Shown here piece by piece: positions 1-11,028 of a stretch of DNA of 64,000 nt; positions within the stretch are counted from its first letter, which is position 1, and every line of letters begins with the position of its first letter. Source of the DNA: an uncultured Aminicenantes bacterium. Lineage in GTDB: Bacteria; Acidobacteriota; Aminicenantia; UBA2199. Made by a program: the position numbers and the translations under genes. The DNA lies in NCBI GenBank assembly GCA_965195285.1, contig CBDAFS010000011.1:9533-73532 (forward strand), given 5' to 3'. Under the pieces are notes generated by a model, which saw nothing but the letters and a program-made list of their open reading frames with translations, made no database searches and had not been told where the DNA came from.

Positions 1-2257
1 CTGTAAGACTCTGGACAGGCTGAAAGAAACCGGATTTGAATATGCCACCAAGGCCGGCTTTACCATTGGTATTTCAGACCTGGTCGTACCTCCGGAGAAA
101 GAGAGTATCATCAAAAAAACCGAGATAGAGCTGGAAAAAATTGAAAAACTGTATAATGACGGATTTTTGACTGCCAATGAGAGGCATAACAATATTATTG
201 ATAAATGGAGTAAGGCCACCGATCAGATACGGGAAACCATGTTTGCCGGGATGAAAAAGATGAGTTTTGAAGGTGATACGCTTAATCCACTTTTTGTCAT
301 GTCCGATTCCGGTGCCCGGGGCAGCAAGGATCAGTTGAAACAGCTGGCCGGGATGAGGGGATTGATGGCCAAGCCGTCCGGAGAAATACTGGAAACTCCC
401 ATTACCGCCAATTTCAAAGAGGGTTTGTCGGTGCTGCAGTATTTTATTTCCACCCATGGGGCCCGAAAGGGCCTGGCCGATACGGCTCTAAAGACAGCCG
501 ATGCCGGATATTTAACCCGGAAACTGGTGGATGCAGCTATCGAGATTATCGTTAAAGAGGAAGATTGCGGAACCATCAATGGAATTGAAGTCTCGGCCAT
601 TATTGAAAACGGAAAAGAGATCGAACCTCTGATTGAACGGATTATCGGCCGATATCCGGTAGATGACATATCCTGTCCGGACAAACCGAAAAAGATTCTT
701 GTCAAAGCCGAAGAAGAAATCGATGAGTACAAGGGCAAGGAAATCATTGACAGCGGTATTTTAAAGGTTAGAATCCGCTCGGCACTCACATGCGAAACCA
801 GGTCCGGTATATGCAAGAAGTGCTATGGCAGAAACCTGAGCACCGGCAAATTGATCGAACTGGGAGAGGCAGTCGGTATTATTGCCGCTCAATCCATCGG
901 TGAGCCGGGCACCCAGTTGACCATGAGAACCTTTCATATCGGTGGTGTGGCCTCCGGAACCGAAGGCCAGACCAAATTGAATTCCGGGTACGAGGGTATG
1001 GTTCATTATAAGGATCTGGAAATTATCAAGGATAGGAATAATGAATTCATTGCCATGAACCGGGTCGGTTCGATTCAAATCCTGGATTCAAAAAAGAGGG
1101 AAAAAGCCATTTATCCGGTTGCCTATGGATCCAAGGTTTTAGTCTCTGAAGGCCAATTGGTTAAAAAGGGTGATCTGTTGTTGGAATGGGATACCTTTGC
1201 CAATTCAATTCTGGCCAATGATCAGGGAATTGTTAATCTCAAGGATCTGGAAGAAAACATTTCTTATGTGGAAGACCGTGATGAGGCGACCGGTAAAATT
1301 ACCAAAACCGTTATTGACATCAAAAATGAAAAACTGAGAGACGAATTGCAACCCCATATTGTGATCCGGGATAAGAAAACCAATAAAATCAAGCGCAAAC
1401 ACCTGTTACCGGTTGGAGCTCATCTTTCGGTAAAGAATGGAGTTGAGATCAAGGCGGGTGATGTGCTGGCCAAGATTCCCTCTGAATTTGCCAAAACCAA
1501 GGATATTACCGGCGGTCTCCCCAGGGTCACCGAATTGTTTGAAGCCCGGAAACCGAAAAATCCGGCCAAAATGGCCCAGATTGACGGTGTGGTGGAATTT
1601 GGAAAACTTCAGAAGGGATCTCAAAAAATTATCATCAGGCCTTTTGATAAAAATGTGAAACCGGATGAACACAATATTCCCAGGGGAGCCTATATCATCG
1701 TGGGCGATGGCGATAAAATCAATGCCGGCACTGCATTGATGGATGGCCCTCTGAATCTGGTTGATATTCTGACTGTGCTGGGAGAACACAAGCTGGCTGA
1801 ATATCTAGTGAAGGAAATTCAGGATGTGTACCGCCTTCAGGGTGTGAGCATCAATGATAAGCATATAGAGATTATTATACGGCAGATGATCAAGTGGCGG
1901 AGGATTGAGGATGTGGGTGATACCAAATTCATCCCCGGACAGATCATTGAGAAATGGAAATTCGAAGATGAAAATACCGCGACTGAAGCCGGAGGTGGAA
2001 AACCGGCCAAAGCCGAAACCGCACTTCTACCGATTTCCAGAGCCGCCCTGGCCTATGACAGCTTTATCTCGGCGGCCGCCTTCCAGGAAACCACCCGGGT
2101 CCTGACCGAGGCTGCCATAGCCGGTAAGGAAGACCATCTTCTGGGTATTAAAGAAAATGTAACCATGGGGCGTCTCATTCCGGCAGGGACCGGTTATTCT
2201 TATTACCATAAGTTCGAAATGGATGAATTGGAAGATGTGTTTAAGACTGCCAAATAA
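1..2257 (+). CDS. rpoC: DNA-directed RNA polymerase subunit beta' (5'-partial; open from window start)
   Basis: Frame open from position 2 ([27 protein letters not shown]). Motifs [30 protein letters not shown] (bridge helix), [16 protein letters not shown] (trigger loop), [32 protein letters not shown]. Confidence 0.99.
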   Translation, partial: CKTLDRLKETGFEYATKAGFTIGISDLVVPPEKESIIKKTEIELEKIEKLYNDGFLTANERHNNIIDKWSKATDQIRETMFAGMKKMSFEGDTLNPLFVMSDSGARGSKDQLKQLAGMRGLMAKPSGEILETPITANFKEGLSVLQYFISTHGARKGLADTALKTADAGYLTRKLVDAAIEIIVKEEDCGTINGIEVSAIIENGKEIEPLIERIIGRYPVDDISCPDKPKKILVKAEEEIDEYKGKEIIDSGILKVRIRSALTCETRSGICKKCYGRNLSTGKLIELGEAVGIIAAQSIGEPGTQLTMRTFHIGGVASGTEGQTKLNSGYEGMVHYKDLEIIKDRNNEFIAMNRVGSIQILDSKKREKAIYPVAYGSKVLVSEGQLVKKGDLLLEWDTFANSILANDQGIVNLKDLEENISYVEDRDEATGKITKTVIDIKNEKLRDELQPHIVIRDKKTNKIKRKHLLPVGAHLSVKNGVEIKAGDVLAKIPSEFAKTKDITGGLPRVTELFEARKPKNPAKMAQIDGVVEFGKLQKGSQKIIIRPFDKNVKPDEHNIPRGAYIIVGDGDKINAGTALMDGPLNLVDILTVLGEHKLAEYLVKEIQDVYRLQGVSINDKHIEIIIRQMIKWRRIEDVGDTKFIPGQIIEKWKFEDENTATEAGGGKPAKAETALLPISRAALAYDSFISAAAFQETTRVLTEAAIAGKEDHLLGIKENVTMGRLIPAGTGYSYYHKFEMDELEDVFKTAK

Positions 2258-2292
2258 CCGGATTTGACAGATAAATAGCCCAAAACCTTTTT

Positions 2293-2318
2293 TATGTCCC
2301 TCTATCGGGACATATTTT
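2293..2318 (+). terminator. Possible intrinsic terminator after rpoC
   Basis: Perfect 8-bp inverted repeat TATGTCCC-tctatc-GGGACATA followed by TTTT, 35 bp after the rpoC stop. Confidence 0.45.
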
Positions 2319-2382
2319 ACCCCCTCATTCTGGAAACACACTTGCATATTACCTTTCAGGAACAAAATCAAGGAGCCATACC

Positions 2383-4723
2383 ATGATGAAATTTTTGACT
2401 TTTTGTATGTGCACTCTTTTATTCATTTCTTTTTGTTTTCCCCAGGAAAACATTCGGGAGAAAGTCAGTGTGGACTGGTGGGTGGTCCCCCTGTTTGCCA
2501 TTGATCAGGAGGGTAATTCGGTCAATGACTTGGCTTCCGGGGATATTCAGTTAGAAGTGAATGGTCAGAGAGTAATTGATTTCAGCCTCTACAAGAGATC
2601 CTTTAACGTGGCTGAAAAAGTCATTCAGAAAAAATTATCACCCCGGGTTGAGAAACGAAAGATGATTTTTTTCCTGTTTGACCTGGCCTTTTCCAGCCTG
2701 GAAAATCTGGAAAGGTCTAAAAAAGTGGCGGCCGATATTATCCGGGATGCTTCGGATTCCAGCCTGTTTTCGGTTTTTACCATCGATCCCTTTGCCGGCC
2801 TGATTTATCAGGCCGGACCCAGCAGCCAGAAGGCGGATGTGTTAAAGGTCATTACAAACAATGTTACCCTGAATCCCAATGCCAAGTCGATCAAGACCAT
2901 CTTGGCCCTGGCCAGAATGGCCCAGATATCCGGAAGCAAGGGACCGAAATATACTGGCTCGGAAATGGGATTCCTGCTGGAGGAAATAAGTCACAGCCTG
3001 AAAAATACCAACCGGAAATTTTTTCGCAGCTTTGAAGCCCTGTACTTTGCCCTGAATTCTATCAAGGACAACAAGTTTGTATACCTGTTCTCAGAAGGTA
3101 TTTCCTTTTTCGCCCGCAAAGTCATCCGGCATGACGAGGGTGAATACCAGTCTTTTATCCGGCAGGGCGGCCGGTTATATGGGGCGAAGCGGCTCAGTGC
3201 TGTTCATAATCAATCCTGCCGGTGCCCTGGAACACTTTACCAATATTGAATCCGGAGAAGATTCCCTGCGATACCTGGCTCTGGAGAGCGGAGGCAAATA
3301 TATGGAGGGAGACCGGGAAACCCTCTCCTTTCGCATTAAAAACCTGCACCGGGCATATTACGAAATCGCCTTTGCCGAACTCAAATCCTATCGGGGCCGA
3401 GTGAGAAAGATCTTCATTCAATGCCGGCGTAAAGGGGTGAAGGTCCATACCCTGCACTCTCTGGAAAAGAGAAAATCATATCAGGATATGAATGAAATAG
3501 AACGGGAGATTTTTGCAGTCAACGTGATCAACCGGAATCCCTTCTTTATTCGGGGAATAACCTTGATGGAAGTTATTGTCAAAAAAAAGATCACCAGGAA
3601 AAACCGGGAAATATACCGAATCATGCTGCCCAAAAACTGGCTTCAAAAAGAGGTTGATATATATAAGGCCTGGTTCCGAGAATCCGATGGTGATATAAGT
3701 GTTAAAAAGACATCCATTGTTCCTCAAAAAGCGGAAACGGAAATAGATTTTGAGATCAAAGATAAAAGCCGGTGCTATTTCGTATTGTTCAATCGGCAGG
3801 AGCAGAGTGTTCTGGTCCGGGGGATCGAAATCCCGAAACAAGAACTTCCGAATTTTAAAAAGATTCCGGAAATCAAGGCCATGAGCAATAAATTCGAATA
3901 CAGCCGGGAACTGTCCACCCTGCTGGCCGGGGCAGCCGGGTATTGTCAGAAGTTGAAACAGGCCGGCTTTCACTATTTTTGCCAGGAAAAAGTGGTGGAA
4001 AGCCTGAGTATTTTCAAACCCAGCGAGGTCTCTGATATCAGTTTTCGTGAAGACCGGGCTTCCCAGACGGACATGCTGAGAAGGACCGAGCCCAAACTGG
4101 GATTGAAGAGAAGAAAGGTGACCAGGTACCGGTTTGATTATCAGATCATAAAAGACAAGGATGAGATTAAGGAACAGCGTAAATTGATTTCCAAGAAAAA
4201 CGAGAAAAATGATGGCCAGGGTGTGGAATTCAGAATCAAAAACTTTCTGGCGGAAAAGGCGGTATTTTCTCCGGTTACGCTCCTGGCCCGGGAACGGCAG
4301 CCCCTTTATGAATTCAGATTTGTGAAGTATGACAAATTAAATAGAGTCAGGTGTGCGGTAATAGAAGTTTTACCCAGGCGTAAGAATGATGCCCGATTTG
4401 TGTACGGACAGGTCTGGATCGACACTTCTGATCATTCGGTTTTAAAAATAAAGGCCAATCCCCGTTCCGTTGCAGGTTATAACAAACTTGAATTTATTGC
4501 CAGGAATTTAATGGCCAAGTTGTTTCTGAGTTTGGAGATTCATTTCAACATCGTTCATCAGGGGATCCGGTTCCCGGACAGTGTCATTCTCAGCGAATTG
4601 TATAAGGGCGGGCCACTCATCACCCGGCATATGGGATCCCGGGGCTGGGAGAGGCTCAAGACCGAGTATACTTACAAAAATTATAAGTTCTTCGTGGTGG
4701 ACACCAAGGTGTCGGCCGAATAA
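2383..4723 (+). pseudogene. Secreted VWA-domain (VWFA-related acidobacterial-type) protein with outer-membrane-sorting-like C-terminal domain, split by a 1-nt frameshift near 3165-3167
   Basis: ORF 2383-3249 has a signal peptide and the VWA-like segments FFLFDLAF and KFVYLFSEGI. ORF 3077-4723 continues the domain (VLFIINP, SLRYLALESGGKY, AYYEIAF). Deleting one G from CAGGGCGGCC gives a continuous ...SFIRQAAGYMG... protein. Confidence 0.7.
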
Positions 4724-4762
4724 CGGCTGCAGGCAGCCATTATTCGGCATACTTTTTTAATT

Positions 4763-7700
4763 CTATTGTTGATGTTCCAATATCCGTCCCGGTGTCCAGG
4801 GAGCCTTGGCTGCTTCCAGTTTTTTTTCCAGTTCGGGGATATCCTCCCCGGTAATTTTTTTCAGTTGGGTGAGCAGCGGAGCCAGTTCCTCCACGATGAT
4901 ATGGTAGCTGTTCAACTGGCTTTGTCCCGGTGCAGAAGTTGAACGGTACTGGGCATAGATGATGGAATAAAGCCTGGAAATCAGCGGGACCAGGGTGGGG
5001 GGTATCTCTTCCCGGCTGGCTTTGGGTCTATGACCCCTGATGGCGAAGAGGATCTTGTCCAGTTGATCTTCAATGGCTCTGATCCGGGGCATAAATTTGG
5101 AAAGTCCGCCCGGAATGGCCAGGATGGTCTGCTTGATATGGGTTGCCTTTTTTTGGAGCTCCTGAACTTCCTGGGAACTGCCCTGCAACACCCTGGATAA
5201 ATCAGCCACTTTCAGTTGAAAATCTGTCAGCTCCTTTCGGTTTTCTGCTGGCAGGGTGGTATTTCGAAGAATGCGGGCCTTGAAGGCAGTCGGCTCGACC
5301 AGTCTGGTGATTTTTCCATCTTGCCAAAGGGACATGGATACTTTATAGGTACCGGGCATGACCAGCATCCCTTTATCATCCTTGGAAAAAGGATTGAACC
5401 GGTTGTCTTTTACTTCCACCGGATCCGGCCAGATGTACCTCATATCCCAGCTGATCCGATTGATACCCTTCTTGGGCTTGGACCGCAATTCCCGGATCAA
5501 ATTCCCGGCATGATCGATAATGGTAAAAACCAGAAACGGGGCTTCCTCCCGGGCTTCCTCTCTCAATTCAAGCCAGTCCGGATTGGGAATGGGTTGTCCC
5601 TTTTTGAACAATTTTTTTTCTCTTTTCTGGCGAATCCGCTTCCGGGTAAGGGGAACATCCTTAAGGTAATAGGTAAATGTGGCTCCGAATGGTGGATTCT
5701 CAGCTTTCCAGTAAGTGGCTCCCTGTCCGTATTTGGTTCGGGTTTGAATATACATCAGGGCATCATTGATGGAAAAAAGACGGGCTTTCTGCTTGAGAAG
5801 TGACGGTGAAAACTCCCGCAGGGGAGTATAATCATCGAGAATATAAAAGCCCCTGCCGAATGTGGCCAGAACCAGATCATTCTCCCGCTCCTGGATAACC
5901 ATATCCCGCACGGCAATGGTGGGTATGCCGGCCTTTAATTGGATCCACTTTTTCCCCTGATCAATGGTAAAAAAGGCGCCAAATTCGGTGCCAACAAAAA
6001 TCAGTTCTTGGCGAATATGATCCTGTTCGATGGTATGGACGGTGCCATTTTCGGGAAGATTCCCGGAAATGGATTTCCAGGTTTTTCCCCGGTCGTTACT
6101 CTTCAGAATATAGGGGGTGAAATCATCTCTCTTGCGATTGTCAAAAGAGGCGAAAACCACATTTTCATCATGTTTGGACGCCAGTATATCACTCACATAG
6201 GTGAAGGGGGGAATACCCGGGAAGCTGTCCTTCTTTCTCCATGATTTTCCGGCATTTTCGGTCACCTGAATCAAGCCATCATCGGTACCGGCATATATCA
6301 AGTCTTCCTTCAGTGGGGATTCCACCAGGGAAATGATGGTTCCGTAGAGTGAAGTGGATACATCCTTGACCACAGCATCGGCACTCCAGTATTTCCCCAT
6401 TACCGGCCAGCGATTGCGGTCAATCTGGGCAGTGAGATCATCACTGATCACTGTCCAGGAATTGCCGTGGTCATCGCTCCGGAACACCTTGTTGGCCGCG
6501 CAGTAGATCCTTGTATTGGAGTGGGGGCTGATGAGCAGGGGGGTATTCCAATTCCAGCGGTAGGTTTTTTCACCCTTCCGGGGCTGTGGCCGGATATACA
6601 CACTCTCTCCGCTGGACCGGTCATAGCGAACCATCCAGCCGTATTGGGCTTCCGCATAAACGATATTGGGGTTTTTGGGATCAACACAGGTCCAGAAACC
6701 GTCTCCGCCATTGGTAATAAACCACTCATCCCCGACAACTCCGTATGAACTGGTATTCCGTGAGGGTCCCCCCATGCTGGAGTTGTCCTGGGTTCCGCCG
6801 TAAACATAATAGAATGGCCGTGAATTATCCACACCCACCCGGTAAAACTGAGTGACCGGCAGATTGATTTTAAAATGCCAGTTGGTTCCCCGGTCATAAG
6901 TTTCATATATGCCTCCATCACCACCGATTAGCAGGTGGGAGGTGTTCAGCGGGTCTATCCACAGGGCGTGATCATCCACATGGCGGTATTTTAATCCCAG
7001 CCGCTTGAAAGTTTTTCCGCCATCCTCTGTGAAATGGGTGTAGGTTTCTACCGAATAAACCAGGTCGACATTCTTGGGATCACAGAAAATTTCATTATAA
7101 TACTGGCCGCTGCTGGCGTGTGAGCTCATTTTTGTCCAGGATTCTCCACGGTCAGTGCTGCGAAAGAATCCACCCTGGTCATCGGCAGCTTCAATGATGG
7201 CATAAATCACATCCGGATTTACCGGAGAGATATCCAGCCCGATACCTCCCATGTGAACCTTGGGCAGGCCAGAGGTGATTTTTCGCCAGTTCTTTCCGCC
7301 GTCAGTGGTTTTGTAAATGGCGGTTTCCGGTCCTCCTCCGATCTTGGTATGTACATGCCGGCGTCGCTGCTCGGAAGAGGCTATGATGGTATCCGGATTC
7401 CGGGGATCCATCACCATGCAGTTGACACCGGTATTTTCGCTGATCTGAAGCACTCTTTCCCAGGTTATTCCGCCATTGATGGTTTTGTATAGTCCGCGAT
7501 CTCCGCCAGGTCCCCAGGCAGATCCCTCGGCAGCAACATACACCATGTCGGTGTTTTTGGGGTTTATCAGAATGGTGCCAATCTGGCGTGAATTTTTTAA
7601 ACCCATATTTTTCCAGGTTTTTCCGCCGTCAATGGTTTTGTAAATCCCGTCACCGTAGCCCAGGGCGCGCTGATGGTTGTTTTCCCCGGTTCCGGCCCAG

Positions 7701-8035
7701 ACTACATGAGGATTTTGCGGATCAATGGCCAGACAACCGATAGAATAGCTGCCATATTTATCAAAAACCGGCTTAAAGGTGATGCCGGCATTCCGGGTTT
7801 TCCAGATATGCCCGCAGGCAACTGCAACATAGTACTCACTGTAATCATGGGGATTAACTGCAATATCGGCAATCCGACCCGATGTAAATGATGGTCCGAT
7901 TGACCTGAATTTAAGCCCGCTGAATAACGTTGAAGAAAACGGGTCCTGATCCGCTTCGGCCTTCTCGGATTTAGCCGGAAGAACAAAGACCAGCAGAAAA
8001 CAAAATGTCAGTGTTAAAAATAATTTGATTTTCAT
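4763..8035 (-). CDS. Secreted BNR/Asp-box (VPS10/sortilin-like) beta-propeller glycosyl hydrolase
   Basis: Signal peptide, FRSIGPS-SGRIADI start, many S/T-x-D-G-G-K-T/N-W Asp-box repeats, GGTQDN, LATFGRGFYILDD. Confidence 0.85.
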   Translation of the reverse strand: MKIKLFLTLTFCFLLVFVLPAKSEKAEADQDPFSSTLFSGLKFRSIGPSFTSGRIADIAVNPHDYSEYYVAVACGHIWKTRNAGITFKPVFDKYGSYSIGCLAIDPQNPHVVWAGTGENNHQRALGYGDGIYKTIDGGKTWKNMGLKNSRQIGTILINPKNTDMVYVAAEGSAWGPGGDRGLYKTINGGITWERVLQISENTGVNCMVMDPRNPDTIIASSEQRRRHVHTKIGGGPETAIYKTTDGGKNWRKITSGLPKVHMGGIGLDISPVNPDVIYAIIEAADDQGGFFRSTDRGESWTKMSSHASSGQYYNEIFCDPKNVDLVYSVETYTHFTEDGGKTFKRLGLKYRHVDDHALWIDPLNTSHLLIGGDGGIYETYDRGTNWHFKINLPVTQFYRVGVDNSRPFYYVYGGTQDNSSMGGPSRNTSSYGVVGDEWFITNGGDGFWTCVDPKNPNIVYAEAQYGWMVRYDRSSGESVYIRPQPRKGEKTYRWNWNTPLLISPHSNTRIYCAANKVFRSDDHGNSWTVISDDLTAQIDRNRWPVMGKYWSADAVVKDVSTSLYGTIISLVESPLKEDLIYAGTDDGLIQVTENAGKSWRKKDSFPGIPPFTYVSDILASKHDENVVFASFDNRKRDDFTPYILKSNDRGKTWKSISGNLPENGTVHTIEQDHIRQELIFVGTEFGAFFTIDQGKKWIQLKAGIPTIAVRDMVIQERENDLVLATFGRGFYILDDYTPLREFSPSLLKQKARLFSINDALMYIQTRTKYGQGATYWKAENPPFGATFTYYLKDVPLTRKRIRQKREKKLFKKGQPIPNPDWLELREEAREEAPFLVFTIIDHAGNLIRELRSKPKKGINRISWDMRYIWPDPVEVKDNRFNPFSKDDKGMLVMPGTYKVSMSLWQDGKITRLVEPTAFKARILRNTTLPAENRKELTDFQLKVADLSRVLQGSSQEVQELQKKATHIKQTILAIPGGLSKFMPRIRAIEDQLDKILFAIRGHRPKASREEIPPTLVPLISRLYSIIYAQYRSTSAPGQSQLNSYHIIVEELAPLLTQLKKITGEDIPELEKKLEAAKAPWTPGRILEHQQ

Positions 8036-8068
8036 ATTATCTCCTTGCTTTGGGATCTGTTAAGAATT

Positions 8069-8644
8069 TTAATGTTCCCGGTTCATAATCAGCGACATGG
8101 CTTCCTGGCGACTGGCCAGTTTGTTTCTGAAAATGCCTCTGACTGCGGAAGTAACGGTGATGGAGCCGGGTTTTTTAACACCTCTCATGGTCATACACAG
8201 GTGTTCGGCTTTGATTACTACCATGGCGCCCAGAGGGGTCAGGGTTTTAACCAGGTAATCGGCTACCTGTTTGGTCAACCGTTCTTGGATTTGAAGCCGC
8301 CGGGACAGGGTGTCCACTAGGTAGGCGATGCTGTTCAGCCCCATGATTCTACCCTGGCGGGGAATATAGACGATGCTGGCGGTCCCGGAGAAGGGAAGAA
8401 AATGATGTTCGCAGATGGAATAGATGGGGATATTCTTCAGAATGACCATTTCATCATGTTTTTCTTCGGTGAGTAATTTGGCAAATTCATCCGGGTCCTT
8501 ATGTGTGCCGGAGAGAACTTCCAGAAACATGTCAGTGGCTCTCTGGGGGGTTTTTTTCAACCGGGTTGAATTCGGATCTTCGCCGATTCCTTCCAGAATT
8601 AGTTTTACGCCCTGTTTAATTTTTTTTTCATCGATATGGCTCAT
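8069..8644 (-). CDS. folE: GTP cyclohydrolase I
   Basis: Motifs TPQR, SICEHHFLPF, RRLQIQERLT, HLCMTMRGV; AGGAG RBS upstream. Confidence 0.97.
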   Translation of the reverse strand: MSHIDEKKIKQGVKLILEGIGEDPNSTRLKKTPQRATDMFLEVLSGTHKDPDEFAKLLTEEKHDEMVILKNIPIYSICEHHFLPFSGTASIVYIPRQGRIMGLNSIAYLVDTLSRRLQIQERLTKQVADYLVKTLTPLGAMVVIKAEHLCMTMRGVKKPGSITVTSAVRGIFRNKLASRQEAMSLIMNREH

Positions 8645-8792
8645 GATTGACTCCTTAGTCCTGTTGCCTTTAATGAAAGGGGATTGTATCTTCGTTTATT
8701 TTATACTTCATAACCATAGCTACAGTCAAGGTTAAAATCAAATCTGTTTCGGTTTAAGGTTTACAATCAGGTAATTGGCGTGGGATAGCAGG

Positions 8793-8821
8793 TTGACACG
8801 GAATCGCAATTGGAGTAGTAT
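8793..8821 (+). promoter_or_regulatory. Sigma70-type promoter for the S9 peptidase-nadC-nadB operon
   Basis: TTGACA-N17-TAGTAT upstream of the ATG at 8869. Confidence 0.6.
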
Positions 8822-8868
8822 TAAAAATAGCATTTATAAACACAGAAGCTATTAATATTTTCAACCAA

Positions 8869-11028
8869 ATGAAATGTAAAATACTTATATTGTTACTGGG
8901 ATTGTCTTTTTTACACCCAATGATTTTCGGTCAAAAGAAACTGACCTTTGATGATGTTTATCTAAGGAAAGCCGAGTCTCTTCTGAATCCTCTGCCCGAT
9001 ATCCGGGAATGGTTTGATGACATGCACTACCTTGAAGTCCGGGAAGAAAAGATTCTAAAAGTCCATGCCTGTTCCGGGCGCCGGACCCTTCTTTTTTATC
9101 CGTACCATTATGGGTCTCTGAATCGTGCCGGTTTGAAATTATCCGATTTGGCCGACCATACCCGGGGTTATGAAAACTGTGCTTTCTTGAAATCCGGCGA
9201 GCTGTTTCTGTTTATAGAGAGACAAGACAAATTGAAAAAATTTCTCACTCCGAAAGGAGACAAACAGAATCCCCGGTTTTCCCCCAATGGACACTATCTG
9301 GCCTTTACGGTTTCGGGTAATCTGTTTGTGTATGATATCCGGAATGAACGCATCCAGGTTTTGACCCGTGACGGCAATGGGGTGATTCTGAACGGATATG
9401 CCTCCTGGGTATATTATGAGGAGATACTGGGCCGTGATAGTGAATACCGGGCCTTCTGGTGGAGCCCTGACAGTTCTCGCATTGCCTTCATGAGATTTGA
9501 TCAGAAGTCGGTTCCCCTGTTTACTATAACCGGATCAGACGGAGATTACGGCTATCAGGAAACGCAGTATTATCCAAAGCCCGGCTACCCCAATCCCCGG
9601 GTTAAGATCGGGATGGTTGAAGTAAGGGAAAATACCCTTGACTGGGTGGACTTCAACCCTGAATGTGATGGTTACCTGTCCTTTCTGGAATGGGGAAGCC
9701 AGGCTCAGTGTATTTATTTCCAATGGATGAACCGGAACCAGAATTTATTAAAAATTTACAGATATGATATTGGTAAGAAAGCCAGGGCTGTGGTGTACCA
9801 GGAGAGACAGAAACACTGGGTTGAGTTCCTGGTTCCCGGTGATTGGCAGATATTACTTGATGGTGAAATCATTATCCGGAGTTCAAAGAGCGGCTGGTAT
9901 CATCTTTTCCACCTGAACCGGAATGGGAAAGAGACTCAGTTAACCCATGGTAACTTGTCGGTCCGGACGATTTCCTGGACGGATGAAAAGACCGGGCATA
10001 TATACTTCGAAGCCTCAGCCGATGCTTCACTCGACGTTCATTTGTACCGAATTGATTTCAAAGGCCAGCAGCTGAAACAGCTGACCCTTGCTGAAGGAAC
10101 CCACCAGATTCTCTCATCGACCAAAGGCACTTATTTCCTGGATACCTATTCGTCGGTAAAGATCCCCCCCCGACTGGAATTGATCGATAAAAATGCCAAC
10201 ATATTGAGAAAGATTGCCCACCGTTTAACCCCGGAACTGGATGCCCTTAATCTGGCCAAGGTAGAACTTTTCAGCATTACCACTGATGATGGTCTGCAAT
10301 TGCCGGCTGTCTGGTACCTGCCACCCGATTTCAATGAACAGCATCGATACCCGGTGGTTTTAAAGGTCTACGGGGCTCCCGGATCAAGAATTGTCAGGAA
10401 TGCATTTGATTGCCGAATGAGAAATTATTTTCTTGCCCAGCAGGGAATCATTGTCATGATGGTTGATCATCGCGGGTCCGGACATTTTGGCAAGGGTTAT
10501 ACCGACCTGATGCATCGAAATCTGGGCACCTGGGAGTTACACGATTTGATTCAAACCGTGAAGCATCTCAGGAGGCTACCCTTTATTGATGCTGAAAAAA
10601 TCGGAATCTGGGGCAGTAGTTATGGCGGGTATGTGGCAGCTCTGGCCCTGTGTAAAGCCACGGAATTTATTTCCCATGGTATTGCGGATTCATCGGTGAT
10701 TGACTGGAAATTGTATGATACCGTCTATACCGAACGCTATATGGATCAACCTGAGCAGAATCCAGATGGGTACCGGGAAAGTTCGGTTCTCAGTTATGTG
10801 TCCGGTTACCGGGGTGGGTTAAGAATCACCCACGGTTCCATGGATGACAATGTTCACCTGCAGCACACATTTCAATTTGTCAAGGCGGTGCTGAAAACCG
10901 GAAAGCCCATCGAGTTGATGATCTATCCCGGTGAGCGGCATGGGTACAAATTTGAAATGGGTATTGCCGATAACCGGTCAGCCTTGAATTTCTGGTTGAA
11001 GCATTTTCTGGGCAAAGAGGTTTCATAA
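8869..11028 (+). CDS. S9B dipeptidyl peptidase IV family protein, secreted
   Basis: Signal peptide, WVYYEEI, YPKPG, catalytic GIWGSSYGG, HGSMDDNVH, YPGERHG. Confidence 0.93.
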   Translation: MKCKILILLLGLSFLHPMIFGQKKLTFDDVYLRKAESLLNPLPDIREWFDDMHYLEVREEKILKVHACSGRRTLLFYPYHYGSLNRAGLKLSDLADHTRGYENCAFLKSGELFLFIERQDKLKKFLTPKGDKQNPRFSPNGHYLAFTVSGNLFVYDIRNERIQVLTRDGNGVILNGYASWVYYEEILGRDSEYRAFWWSPDSSRIAFMRFDQKSVPLFTITGSDGDYGYQETQYYPKPGYPNPRVKIGMVEVRENTLDWVDFNPECDGYLSFLEWGSQAQCIYFQWMNRNQNLLKIYRYDIGKKARAVVYQERQKHWVEFLVPGDWQILLDGEIIIRSSKSGWYHLFHLNRNGKETQLTHGNLSVRTISWTDEKTGHIYFEASADASLDVHLYRIDFKGQQLKQLTLAEGTHQILSSTKGTYFLDTYSSVKIPPRLELIDKNANILRKIAHRLTPELDALNLAKVELFSITTDDGLQLPAVWYLPPDFNEQHRYPVVLKVYGAPGSRIVRNAFDCRMRNYFLAQQGIIVMMVDHRGSGHFGKGYTDLMHRNLGTWELHDLIQTVKHLRRLPFIDAEKIGIWGSSYGGYVAALALCKATEFISHGIADSSVIDWKLYDTVYTERYMDQPEQNPDGYRESSVLSYVSGYRGGLRITHGSMDDNVHLQHTFQFVKAVLKTGKPIELMIYPGERHGYKFEMGIADNRSALNFWLKHFLGKEVS

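Noticed and set aside
880-1530. Large insertion in the RpoC trigger loop
   Set aside because: It corresponds to the known lineage-specific beta' SI3 insertion; no intein hallmarks.
3160-3250. Programmed ribosomal frameshift joining the VWA ORFs
   Set aside because: No slippery heptamer or evident stimulatory structure at the inferred crossover; a single-base insertion explains it more simply.
5900-7830. Recurring TTTTCCGCC/GTC-like DNA motifs
   Set aside because: They encode the Asp-box protein repeats (DGGKTW), not an independent DNA repeat or CRISPR array.
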